A stretch of 25,060 nucleotides of DNA from Clostridia bacterium (GCA_045578945.1 JAZNLF010000078.1:1-25060); one strand, 5' to 3'; shown: positions 15,766-24,258, counted from the stretch's first letter. Program-made: numbers and translations. Notes: generated by a model not told the origin, from the sequence alone.

Positions 15766-16842
15766 ATGACCAAAAAAACGTATCGGATTCTATGGGTGAC
15801 TATACTTTCGGCAATATCGATAGCGGCAATTGTCTTTTTATTGCCCGAGGTTATTCTTTTATTTTTGCCCTTTGTTCTGGCCTGGCTTTTGGCAAAGCTT
15901 ATAGAGCCTGCCGTTTCGTTTTTAAATACACGCCTCCACCTTCCGCGTACAATCGCTTCCGTCGTCGGGATTATTACCGCCGTCGGCATACTCGGCGCGC
16001 TTTTGACATTTGTGTTTGGGCGTATCTGGAAGGAAGCGAATGATATTATAACACATGCGGACGTAATTGCTCAAAATTTCACGACGCGCTATCAAACGTT
16101 TCGTGACACCTTCGCCACGCGTTTTGGCTTTGCGGATATTTTGGACAAGGTTTTTGCAGGCTCGGGCGAGAGCTTGGCAAACAGTATTGCAGAAAATGCC
16201 GTACCTGCGCTGCAGGGCGTGTATGAAATGATAAAAAGTGTACCGACGTGGGTTATCTTTTTCGTAGTTCTCTTTATAAGCACGTATTTTATCAGTAGCG
16301 ACAAAGAACGCATATCGGCAGGTATCCGAAAAGTCGTGCCCGAGAAGATTATGCGTTTTACGGATATATGTACGGAAAACATGTTTTCTGCACTCGGCGC
16401 GTACATTAAGGCACAGCTTGTCTTAATCTGCGTCACATTTTTAGAGCTTACCATCGGCTTTTTGATTATCGGCGGTGCGGTGGCGGATTACACGCTCCTG
16501 CTTGCCATTATCATCAGTATTGTAGATGCCATCCCCATTCTCGGCACGGGTACAGTCTTGGTGCCGTGGGGCATCTATTCCCTGATTGTTGGCGATATCC
16601 GTCTTGGCGCCATGCTTTTGATTTTATATCTTATCTGCCTTGCGGTGCGCCAGATTTTAGAGCCGCGCCTTATGGCACATCAAATCGGCATGCATCCGCT
16701 TTTGACGCTGATGGTCATGTACTCGGGCTTCCGCCTGTTCGGCCTGTTCGGCATGATTTTAGGGCCGATTGTTGCTCTTTTTATAAAACAGATGTATGTG
16801 GCGGGGATATTCAAACGCATTGGTGCGTATATTAACGAATAG
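15766..16842 (+). CDS. ytvI: Sporulation integral membrane protein YtvI / AI-2E-family transporter
   Basis: LPFVLAWLLAKLIEP, DAIPILGTGTVLVPWGIY, RQILEPRL...IGMHPL.TL, G.FG.ILGP; RBS GGAGGTG before ATG at 15766. Confidence 0.85.
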   Translation: MTKKTYRILWVTILSAISIAAIVFLLPEVILLFLPFVLAWLLAKLIEPAVSFLNTRLHLPRTIASVVGIITAVGILGALLTFVFGRIWKEANDIITHADVIAQNFTTRYQTFRDTFATRFGFADILDKVFAGSGESLANSIAENAVPALQGVYEMIKSVPTWVIFFVVLFISTYFISSDKERISAGIRKVVPEKIMRFTDICTENMFSALGAYIKAQLVLICVTFLELTIGFLIIGGAVADYTLLLAIIISIVDAIPILGTGTVLVPWGIYSLIVGDIRLGAMLLILYLICLAVRQILEPRLMAHQIGMHPLLTLMVMYSGFRLFGLFGMILGPIVALFIKQMYVAGIFKRIGAYINE

Positions 16843-16853
16843 AGAAAGCTTTC

Positions 16854-17702
16854 TTACAATTTTTCTATCGGCAAATATTCACGATGCACCAGGCGGCTGA
16901 CCAAAAGCTCCATCGGCACGCCCTCGCGCTGCGGCACGCCGACCTCCTGCGCCGTTCGGATTGCAGCAAACACATAGTCTGCCGCCCCTGCCGCCGCCAT
17001 GGAAAGCGGCTCACCTGAAAGCATACCGCCGCACAAAACCGCAGTATATAAATCCCCCGTGCCCGGATAATGCACGTGCACATACGGATTTTGAATTTTA
17101 TATATGGCGTTTTCCTTTTTATCCAAAACCACAACGGCCACCGTATCGCCGCAAGGCACGCCTGTTATTAAAACGCTGCCGCGCGTCATTTCTCCAAGCT
17201 TTTCCAAAACCTTTTTTACCGATTCGAGGCTTTGGTCTATCGGCATATCTGTCAAAAAACATGCCTCCGTAAGGTTTGGCGTTATCACATCCGCATCCCG
17301 AATCAAAGAGCGCATGGCGCATACCATGCCCTCGTCAAAGCAATCATATTTTTGCCCATCATCGGCAAACACAGGATCTACCACCACAAACGGCGCCTTT
17401 GCACGCTCGATAAACGCCTTTGTGATTTCTACACCGCGTACCGAGCCGATAAAGCCCGTATACACGCAATCAAACGCGCAGTTTTCCTTTTCCCAATGCG
17501 CAAAACAATCAGACAGAAAATCCGTCATATCACACATGGCATATCCTTTGTAAAAGCCTGTAATGGAGGATAAAACCGCCGTCGGTGCAGGACATGCCTG
17601 ATGCCCCATAACGCTCAAAGTCGGCATGACCACGGTAAGAGAGCTACGCCCAAACCCCGCAATATCGTGTACTGCCGCGACCTTTTTCGGTTTACTCAGC
17701 AT
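16854..17702 (-). CDS. pdxK: Pyridoxal/pyridoxamine kinase
   Basis: HDIAGFGRSSL, PTAVLS, YTGFIGS, VVDPVFADDG, DVITPNLTEA, YPGTGDLY; start at ATG 17702. Confidence 0.9.
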   Translation of the reverse strand: MLSKPKKVAAVHDIAGFGRSSLTVVMPTLSVMGHQACPAPTAVLSSITGFYKGYAMCDMTDFLSDCFAHWEKENCAFDCVYTGFIGSVRGVEITKAFIERAKAPFVVVDPVFADDGQKYDCFDEGMVCAMRSLIRDADVITPNLTEACFLTDMPIDQSLESVKKVLEKLGEMTRGSVLITGVPCGDTVAVVVLDKKENAIYKIQNPYVHVHYPGTGDLYTAVLCGGMLSGEPLSMAAAGAADYVFAAIRTAQEVGVPQREGVPMELLVSRLVHREYLPIEKL

Positions 17703-17862
17703 CGTTTTGCAACACATCTATCAATTCTTTATTTTTGCCCTGCAAAAAAGCTTCTACATCACTTTCTGTAATTTCGGGCGTATTTGCAGGCTCTTTCGGC
17801 GCATGACTGCAAGCCGTCAAAAGCGCAAGGCCGATAAGGCCAAGTGCAAAAAGCTTTCGCAT
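17692..17862 (-). CDS. Small predicted lipoprotein (56 aa), absent from the ORF track
   Basis: Strong RBS AAAGGAG; MRKLFALGLIGLALLTAC lipobox, then SHAPKEPANTPEITESDVEAFLQGKNKELIDVLQNDAE; fills the gap between the UPF0210 gene and pdxK. Confidence 0.8.
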   Translation of the reverse strand: MRKLFALGLIGLALLTACSHAPKEPANTPEITESDVEAFLQGKNKELIDVLQNDAE

Positions 17863-17884
17863 TCTCTTTTATCTCCTTTATTCC

Positions 17885-19237
17885 TTAGTTTTTAAGGCTA
17901 TGCATCGGGGCAGGGATTCTGCCGCCGCGATTTACAAACGCATCGCAACGATAGGGATTTACAGGCATGACAGGGCCATAGCCTAAAAGTCCGCCAAAAT
18001 CAACCGCCTCGCCCACCACCTTACCGGGGGCAGGAATAATGCGAAGCGCCGTTGTTTTGCAGTTTACCATACCAATCGCCGCTTCATCCGCCAAAATGCC
18101 CGAGATGGTTTCCGCGCTTGTATCACCGGGGACAACCACCATGTCGATACCCACAGAGCAAACGCATGTCATCGCCTCGAGCTTTTCAAGGGACAATGCA
18201 CCACATTCCACGGCAGAAATCATACCTGCATCCTCGCTGACGGGGATAAACGCGCCACTTAAACCGCCAACGAAGGAGGAAGCCATAACACCGCCCTTTT
18301 TCACGGCGTCATTTAAAAGTGCCAGCGCCGCCGTCGTGCCGGGCGCACCGCATTTCTCAAGTCCCATTTCTTCTAAAATATGGGCAACACTGTCGCCCAC
18401 CGCAGGCGTCGGTGCCAGGGATAAATCCACAATGCCAAACGGCACGCCGAGGCGGCGTGACGCCTCCGTTGCCACAAGCTGGCCCATACGCGTAATTTTA
18501 AACGCCGTCTTTTTAATGGTTTCTGCCACCGTGCCAAAGTCCGCGCCTTTTACCTTTTCTAAGGCGCATTTGACAACGCCGGGCCCGCTGACGCCGACGT
18601 TTATGACGCTTTCATGCTCGCCCACGCCATGGAACGCCCCCGCCATAAAGGGGTTATCCTCCACCGCGTTTGCAAACACAACCAGCTTTGCACAGCCAAA
18701 GCCGCCTGTATCTGCCGTTTTTGCGGCAGTTTCTTTAATTATCCTACCCATCATTGCCACCGCGTCCATATTCATGCCCGCCTTTGTGGAGGCAACGTTG
18801 ACGCTGGAACAGACGCGTTCCGTCTCGCAAAGCACCGCGGGGATGGTTTCCAAAAATGCACGCTCGCCCTTTGTAAAGCCTTTTTGTACGAGCGCAGAAT
18901 AGCCGCCGATAAAGTTTATGCCCGTTTCCCGTGCCGCTTTATCCATCGCGCGTGCAAGCTCCATATAGCCGCCCGACGCTTCGCCCACAATGGAAATCGG
19001 CGTGACGGATACACGTTTATTGATAATCGGAATGCCGTATTCGTGCTCAATATCCTCGCCCGTTTTCACAAGGTTGCCCGCAAGACGCATAATTTTATCA
19101 TAGACCGCATCGCTGCATGCTTTCTTATCGTCACGAATGCAATCCAAAAGAGAGATGCCCATGGTAATGGTGCGGACATCCAGATGCTCCTGCCGAATCA
19201 TTTGAATTGTTTCCAGTATTTCTGATGTGTTAATCAA
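17885..19237 (-). CDS. UPF0210 (DUF711, PFL-family-like) protein
   Basis: [71 protein letters not shown]; directly follows an ACT protein as is typical. Confidence 0.92.
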   Translation of the reverse strand: MINTSEILETIQMIRQEHLDVRTITMGISLLDCIRDDKKACSDAVYDKIMRLAGNLVKTGEDIEHEYGIPIINKRVSVTPISIVGEASGGYMELARAMDKAARETGINFIGGYSALVQKGFTKGERAFLETIPAVLCETERVCSSVNVASTKAGMNMDAVAMMGRIIKETAAKTADTGGFGCAKLVVFANAVEDNPFMAGAFHGVGEHESVINVGVSGPGVVKCALEKVKGADFGTVAETIKKTAFKITRMGQLVATEASRRLGVPFGIVDLSLAPTPAVGDSVAHILEEMGLEKCGAPGTTAALALLNDAVKKGGVMASSFVGGLSGAFIPVSEDAGMISAVECGALSLEKLEAMTCVCSVGIDMVVVPGDTSAETISGILADEAAIGMVNCKTTALRIIPAPGKVVGEAVDFGGLLGYGPVMPVNPYRCDAFVNRGGRIPAPMHSLKN

Positions 19238-19248
19238 GATAATGCCTC

Positions 19249-19518
19249 CTAAATTCTATGCATGGAATGGAAAATTTCTTCATGCTGCACCGTAATGGTC
19301 ACGCCGACGCGTTCTGCAAGCGCCTTCAGTTCCTCCTCCAGCGCGTTCACCGTCTTACCGCTTTCGGAAAGGTCTGTGAGCATCAGCATTGTAAAAATCC
19401 CCTGCATAATCGTCTGGCTGATATCTAAAATATTGACATGATTTTGCGCAAGACATGCCGTAACCTCGGCAATGATACCGATGCGGTCGCTTCCCAAAAC
19501 CGTTATAACTGCTTTCAC
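19249..19518 (-). CDS. UPF0237 ACT-domain protein
   Basis: [44 protein letters not shown]. Confidence 0.92.
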   Translation of the reverse strand: MKAVITVLGSDRIGIIAEVTACLAQNHVNILDISQTIMQGIFTMLMLTDLSESGKTVNALEEELKALAERVGVTITVQHEEIFHSMHRI

Positions 19519-19556
19519 CTTGTAAAACCCCTCTCATTCTATATAATAATGAAGGT

Positions 19557-19585
19557 ATTATATCATTGGCTTTGGCAAAAGTCAA
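19557..19585 (-). promoter_or_regulatory. Sigma-A promoter for the ACT/UPF0210/lipoprotein/pdxK operon
   Basis: TTGACT-17 bp-TATAAT with TG extension; the -35 overlaps the spoIIIAA stop codon. Confidence 0.8.
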
Positions 19586-20442
19586 GTAATAGACGAAATT
19601 ATCCCTACGGGGCGCAGCGTAATCACACGGCGGAAAATGCCGTTTTTTAAAAGCGTGCCGATGCCTGCCTTCAAAAGCGCATCCTCCCGCCCAAAGCCGT
19701 GCATCGTGCAGATAACGCGCACACCGCTGTATACAGCCTCGCACACCGCCGCGACATCTGCCTCGGTGCTAATTTCATCCGTTATCAAAACCGCGGGGGA
19801 CATGCCGCGCAAAAGCATCCGCATGCCTTCCGCCTTGGGGCAGCCGTCATATACGTCCGAGAGAAAACCTACATCGTTTTGCGCCACACCGCGATACATG
19901 GCGGCAATTTCGCCGCGCTCGTCCGCAATGCCGACGCGGAAGTGATGCGTACCGCCGCCGAGTTGGCGTGCAATGTCGCGCAAAAGCGTCGTTTTCCCTG
20001 CCGCGGGTGGTGAGAGAATGAGCGTATTGAAAACATCTCCATCTTGCACGATTTTGGGTAAAATGTCATCTGCCGCACCGAGAATTTGATGTGCCACACG
20101 AAGGTTTACCGCGGAAATATCCGTCAGATGATGTACGCTGCCATTCTCCAAAACCGTGTGGCCGCATATGCCTGCGCGATGGCCGCCCATAAGTGTTACA
20201 AAACCGTTTTTTAAATCCCCCTGCCGCGCATAGACAGAGTTTTGGCACATACGCTCCGCCGTACGCCTTACCATATCGGCCGAAAGCGGCGCGTCCCCTT
20301 TATAAAGCGTGTCTGCCACCAAAACAGGCGGACAATCTGCGCGAATCCGTATTTCGCGCACGCAATCTGCCTCGACGCCTGCCGCTTCATAAAGCGCCGT
20401 AACCGCAGGCGGAAAATACTGTAAAATTGTAAAAATATCCAT
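19582..20442 (-). CDS. spoIIIAA: Stage III sporulation protein AA (ATPase)
   Basis: EIRIR..P, GFVTL.GGHR.GICG, NLRVAHQI.GAAD, NTLILSPPAAGKTTLLRDIAR, DERGEIA, SP.VLITDEI; start moved to ATG at 20442 after RBS AAGGAG. Confidence 0.9.
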   Translation of the reverse strand: MDIFTILQYFPPAVTALYEAAGVEADCVREIRIRADCPPVLVADTLYKGDAPLSADMVRRTAERMCQNSVYARQGDLKNGFVTLMGGHRAGICGHTVLENGSVHHLTDISAVNLRVAHQILGAADDILPKIVQDGDVFNTLILSPPAAGKTTLLRDIARQLGGGTHHFRVGIADERGEIAAMYRGVAQNDVGFLSDVYDGCPKAEGMRMLLRGMSPAVLITDEISTEADVAAVCEAVYSGVRVICTMHGFGREDALLKAGIGTLLKNGIFRRVITLRPVGIISSIT

Positions 20443-20465
20443 CTTATACCAGCTCCTTTTTTCTA

Positions 20466-20494
20466 TATATATGCGGCATAAAATGTGTATAGAC
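20466..20494 (-). promoter_or_regulatory. Putative sigma-E promoter for spoIIIAA
   Basis: GTCTATA-14 bp-CATATATA, close to the sigma-E consensus; spoIIIA is sigma-E dependent in B. subtilis. Confidence 0.65.
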
Positions 20495-20504
20495 GCAGAT
20501 ACTA
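20476..20504 (+). promoter_or_regulatory. Putative forespore (sigma-F/sigma-G) promoter for lonB
   Basis: GCATA-17 bp-GATACTA; lonB is sigma-F dependent in B. subtilis. Confidence 0.5.
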
Positions 20505-20530
20505 CGAAAAAAGGAAGGGACTGAATATAC

Positions 20531-22225
20531 TTGCTTTCGACACTATTTTTATGTATACAATCCGCGCTCTCTGTCCTCATGGGCGCATATTTTCTCAGCA
20601 TGCTGCGCGGCAAAAACAGCAATCATCACGCACTCCATAAAGAATCCACCCGCGCACTCGAGAAAATGCATCGCATGCGGAATATAAAGCTCTCGACGCC
20701 GCTTTCCGAAAAAACACGGCCTGCATCTTTTGCGGAAATTCATGGACAGGAAGAAGGTTTAAAAGTGCTCCGCGCCGCCCTTTGCGGCAAAAATCCGCAG
20801 CATGTTTTAATTTACGGGCCGCCCGGTGTCGGCAAAACGGCGGCATCACGCGCCGCCCTTTTCGAGGCAACGCAAAATCCATCCTCCCCCTTTGGGAAGG
20901 ATGCACCCTTTATCGAGATAGACGCCGCCACCCTCCGCTATGACGAGCGCGGCATTGCAGACCCCCTCATCGGCTCCGTGCATGACCCGATTTACCAGGG
21001 CGCAGGTGCCTATGGCCCCGGCGGTATTCCGCAACCAAAGCCCGGTGCGGTTACAGACGCACATGGCGGCATTTTATTTTTGGATGAAATCGGCGAATTG
21101 CCGCCCACCCAGCTCAACAAGCTTTTAAAGGTACTTGAGGACAGGCGTGTACTTCTCGAAAGCGCCTACTACAGCCGCGATAACAAAGAGATTCCGCGCC
21201 ATATTCATGACATTTTCCAAAACGGCTTGCCTGCGGATTTTCGCCTTGTCGGCGCCACCACACGCGCGCCCGAGGAATTGCCCGCGGCACTTCGTTCGCG
21301 CTGCAGCGAGGTATTCTTCACCGCGCTGTCCGACGCGGATTTACTGGAAATTGCACGCGGTGCCGCTTCCAAAAGCGGATTTTCGGCAGCGCCCGACGCG
21401 CTCGAGGAAGTTGTCCGCTACGCTGAAAACGGGCGTGACGTTGTCAATCTTCTGGAGATGGCAGGCAGCGTCTCCGCACTTGAAAAAAGGCAGGAAATAT
21501 CCGTTTTGGATGTGCAGTTTGTAGCCGCGGCAGGCCACCATGTGCCGCGCCAGAAGGTGCATTCTATGAATGTAAACCGCATTGGGGTGGTGCATGGTCT
21601 TGCCACGATGGGGCTTTCGGGCGGTACCTTGGCGGATATTGAAGCCGTTGCAACCTATGAAAAAGGCTGTGGCAGCCTGACGCTTACAGGCATTGTGGAG
21701 GAGGAAACGATAACGCTGGGTGCGCGGCAGCTTGTAAGAGTCGGGTCGGCAAAGGCATCTATATTAAACGCCCTTCGCGTTTTGGAGGCGATGACCGATT
21801 TTCGTCGCACCGATTATCATATACACATAAACTTCCCGGGCATCTCGATGGCAGACGGCCCCTCCGCAGGGATTGCCGTCTTTGCCGCGCTTTACTCTGC
21901 CGTTTGGGAGAGGCCCATTCCCGACACGGTGGCGCTGACGGGGGAACTGAGTCCCAAAGGCACGGTGCTCCCTGTCGGCGGCATCCCCGAAAAGCTTTCG
22001 GCGGCCGTATCCTGCGGCATTAAAACCGTGATTCTGCCTGCTCAAAATGCGGGCGTTCCCTGTGCAATTCCCGTTTTGCCCATCACCTCTGCCGATGCAC
22101 TTATAGACGCACTTTTCCCCGACGCGCAGACAGAAAAAAAAGATGCGAAAGCCCCGCATCTGACCGCACCGCAATACCCGATTGCTTCTTCCTTTCAGGA
22201 ACAAAAAAATGCACCGCAAGGCTAA
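20531..22225 (+). CDS. lonB: ATP-dependent protease LonB (sporulation type)
   Basis: N-terminal membrane segment; LSEKTRP.SF.EI.GQ, NPQHVLIYGPPGVGKT, DERGIADPL.GSVHDPIYQGAG; Lon Ser-Lys dyad DGPSAG ... PVGGIPEK. Confidence 0.95.
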   Translation: MLSTLFLCIQSALSVLMGAYFLSMLRGKNSNHHALHKESTRALEKMHRMRNIKLSTPLSEKTRPASFAEIHGQEEGLKVLRAALCGKNPQHVLIYGPPGVGKTAASRAALFEATQNPSSPFGKDAPFIEIDAATLRYDERGIADPLIGSVHDPIYQGAGAYGPGGIPQPKPGAVTDAHGGILFLDEIGELPPTQLNKLLKVLEDRRVLLESAYYSRDNKEIPRHIHDIFQNGLPADFRLVGATTRAPEELPAALRSRCSEVFFTALSDADLLEIARGAASKSGFSAAPDALEEVVRYAENGRDVVNLLEMAGSVSALEKRQEISVLDVQFVAAAGHHVPRQKVHSMNVNRIGVVHGLATMGLSGGTLADIEAVATYEKGCGSLTLTGIVEEETITLGARQLVRVGSAKASILNALRVLEAMTDFRRTDYHIHINFPGISMADGPSAGIAVFAALYSAVWERPIPDTVALTGELSPKGTVLPVGGIPEKLSAAVSCGIKTVILPAQNAGVPCAIPVLPITSADALIDALFPDAQTEKKDAKAPHLTAPQYPIASSFQEQKNAPQG

Positions 22226-22238
22226 CCTTGCGGTGCAT
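22209..22238. terminator. Bidirectional terminator between lonB and the HPr-like gene
   Basis: Perfect 13-bp inverted repeat ATGCACCGCAAGG-CTAA-CCTTGCGGTGCAT spanning the lonB stop codon. Confidence 0.75.
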
Positions 22239-22252
22239 AAAACTTTAAAAGA

Positions 22253-22480
22253 TTATGCCATGAATGCTTTGAGCTCTTCGCAGATTGCGTCTGCCGCATC
22301 CGTGTGCACTTCTACGTGAATCGGCTTTGCAAGGTCTAAGCTGAAGATGCCCATAATGGATTTTGCGTCTACGATATAGCGACCAGAAATGAGGTCAATC
22401 TCAAAATCATATTTATTTACGATATTTACGAATTCCTTTACGTCGCTAATCGAACCGAGTCTTACATCAAATGCTTTCAT
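22253..22480 (-). CDS. Short HPr-family phosphocarrier-like protein
   Basis: VDAKSIMGIFSLDL (HPr Ser46 motif); 75 aa; RBS AAGGAGG. Confidence 0.88.
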   Translation of the reverse strand: MKAFDVRLGSISDVKEFVNIVNKYDFEIDLISGRYIVDAKSIMGIFSLDLAKPIHVEVHTDAADAICEELKAFMA

Positions 22481-22510
22481 TTGTAATTCCTCCTTATTTT
22501 TTCTACTTCT

Positions 22511-22538
22511 ATTATATCTTTTTTTCCAAAAATGTCAA
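22511..22538 (-). promoter_or_regulatory. Sigma-A promoter for the HPr-like gene
   Basis: TTGACA-16 bp-TATAAT. Confidence 0.7.
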
Positions 22539-22560
22539 GTATTTTCAATAAATTTATCTA

Positions 22561-23169
22561 TTATGCGCCCAGCGTTTCTATCTTAATAATTGAGATTTCG
22601 TAGGCGGTTTTGGATACAAATGCGTCCTCCGCAATTTTTTTTCGGTACTCGCGCGACTGAATACGGCCGCTGATTTGCACCTTGTCGCCGACCTCTAAGT
22701 TGCGCGTAAAGCGCGCATTGCGTCCCCATGCGATGCACGGAATATAGTCTGATTTATTGTAGGAACGATTGACCGCCAAAAGCATATCCGATATTTCGCG
22801 CCCAAACGGCGTGTGGCGATATACAGGCGGCTTGCAAAGATAGCCGATGAGTGTAATTTCATTCGGTGTGGCGCTGACCGCATCGGGAAAACGAATGTCA
22901 CGCGCAAAAAGCGTAAGCATCAGGCGGTTACCGCTTTCTGTGTAGTTATTATAGGAACGAAATTGTCCGCTGACAACGATGGTGTCGCCCACGTGCAGGC
23001 TCTTCGGCTCACAAAGGCGTTCCGAAATTGTCACGGGGATGCTGTCGCTGGTTTCACTAAGGCGCGGTACCGATACATGGAATATGTAAAATCCCTCACC
23101 ATATACGGCGTGGCTGAATACCGCCTCATCCTCAATAATGCCCGAAATCATAGCTGTGTTTGTCTCCAT
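22561..23169 (-). CDS. ssb: Single-stranded DNA-binding protein with two tandem OB folds
   Basis: OB1 FSHAVYGEGFY..V.RLS..SD.IPVT.SERL..GQFRSYN; OB2 L.GYLCKPPVYR.TPFGREISD.LLAVNRSYNKSDYIPCIAWGRNA..GRIQSREY; ATG at 23169 (alternative TTG at 23187). Confidence 0.88.
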   Translation of the reverse strand: METNTAMISGIIEDEAVFSHAVYGEGFYIFHVSVPRLSETSDSIPVTISERLCEPKSLHVGDTIVVSGQFRSYNNYTESGNRLMLTLFARDIRFPDAVSATPNEITLIGYLCKPPVYRHTPFGREISDMLLAVNRSYNKSDYIPCIAWGRNARFTRNLEVGDKVQISGRIQSREYRKKIAEDAFVSKTAYEISIIKIETLGA

Positions 23170-23208
23170 TGTCTTTTCTCCTTCCAATTTGTAGCTCTCT
23201 CCTTTTCT

Positions 23209-23237
23209 AAAATATGGGTAATTTTGTTTTTGTATGC
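23209..23237 (-). promoter_or_regulatory. Putative sigma-E promoter for ssb
   Basis: GCATACA-14 bp-CATATTTT. Confidence 0.6.
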
Positions 23238-23269
23238 ATACTTTCGGAAGTTTCTTCCATCTTTTACCA

Positions 23270-23298
23270 ATTGTACCACATTTTAGTTAATAATGCAA
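23270..23298 (-). promoter_or_regulatory. Sigma-A promoter for ssb
   Basis: TTGCAT-17 bp-TACAAT with TG extension. Confidence 0.7.
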
Positions 23299-23327
23299 GA
23301 GAATTTCCAAATTTTGGAAAATATTTT

Positions 23328-23900
23328 TTATACGGCAGCAGAAAGTGCGGACGCACCGTACAAAATGATTGCCAATCGCTCGAGCAGTCTGCGCTTATTG
23401 CGCCGCACGGTGGATGTGTCGCAATGCATTTGGTAGGCAATTTCCTCCTCGGGCAGACCGACGATATACTTTAAATAGATAATATCATAATACGGGTCAT
23501 TCTCAAGCGGCTCCACTGCATGCTCAATGCGGCGCAGAGTCAACCGATTAAAGGCAAGCTCGCATTGCACATCGTACACACGCTTTTCCATCTGCCCTGT
23601 GTCTTTCGGTGAAAAAAACAAGAGTGTTCCCTCTTTTTCACCGCCAAAGCCTGCTTTCTCTTTCTCGCGCCGCAGCGAAGCCATCTCCGCCGCCGTATGC
23701 ACATATGCCGTGCTTTCCCGCTTTTTTGCGGCATGATCCCTTAAGGCTCGTAAATAAGAAAGCTCCTCCTCCAGCGCATCAATACGGATATAAAGCCCCT
23801 GCTGCGCATACAAAAGTTGTTCGGCACGCTTTACGTAGATGCTCTTTTTACCCGTTTCTTTCCTTTGTGCTTTCCATACTTCGTTCTTTTTTTCTGTCAT
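23328..23900 (-). CDS. ArpU/DUF1492-like transcriptional regulator with C-terminal sigma-region-4-type HTH
   Basis: C-terminal LENDPYYDIIYLKYIVGLPEEEIAYQMHCDTSTVRRNKRRLLERLAIILYG; N-terminal coiled coil; RBS AAGGAG. Confidence 0.7.
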   Translation of the reverse strand: MTEKKNEVWKAQRKETGKKSIYVKRAEQLLYAQQGLYIRIDALEEELSYLRALRDHAAKKRESTAYVHTAAEMASLRREKEKAGFGGEKEGTLLFFSPKDTGQMEKRVYDVQCELAFNRLTLRRIEHAVEPLENDPYYDIIYLKYIVGLPEEEIAYQMHCDTSTVRRNKRRLLERLAIILYGASALSAAV

Positions 23901-24141
23901 AGCTTCTCTCCTTTTTTATAGTATCTTGTATTGCATCCTGCATCATCAATTCCATATAAGGCATCGGATTTTGGCATATCTTTGCATAAACCTCGTGATA
24001 CGCCGTCCCCCGTTTCGTATTCTGTCTGGCAAATTCCATCGCGTCCGTTGCAAGGGAAATAAAACAATCCTGACATACAATTCCTTCGGATACGGAGATT
24101 TCTGCTTCTGCATCCGTACAGAGCGCGCAATATTTTTTCAT
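23848..24141 (-). CDS. Small hypothetical protein with N-terminal CxxC-x14-CxxC putative zinc finger
   Basis: MKKYCALC...GIVCQDC; strong RBS AGGAGG before ATG at 24141; its 3' end overlaps the next gene by 53 nt. Confidence 0.7.
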   Translation of the reverse strand: MKKYCALCTDAEAEISVSEGIVCQDCFISLATDAMEFARQNTKRGTAYHEVYAKICQNPMPYMELMMQDAIQDTIKKERSYDRKKERSMESTKERNG

Positions 24142-24178
24142 TCTATTTCTCCTCCTGTTGCTTTTTAGCAACAAGTTT

Positions 24179-24207
24179 AGTATATACTCTTTTTAGTCGG
24201 TTGTCAA
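24179..24207 (-). promoter_or_regulatory. Sigma-A promoter for the Cys4 protein / ArpU-like pair
   Basis: TTGACA-17 bp-TATACT. Confidence 0.75.
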
Positions 24208-24258
24208 GTCCTTTTTTCTGATTTTATAATATTTTTTCGTTTTGGAATTCCTCCTATT

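Noticed and set aside
18039-18902. 287-aa antisense ORF opposite the UPF0210 gene, and the many other short overlapping ORFs in the track
   Set aside because: Codon-mirror shadow ORFs without RBS or protein-like features.
23304-23320. TTTCCAAA-T-TTTGGAAA dyad between the ArpU-like gene and ssb
   Set aside because: AT-rich and weak; it could be a poor terminator or chance, and fits the CodY consensus badly.
24245-24256. RBS-like AGGAGG just after the spo0A stop codon
   Set aside because: No start codon at a usable distance and the frame closes within a few codons.
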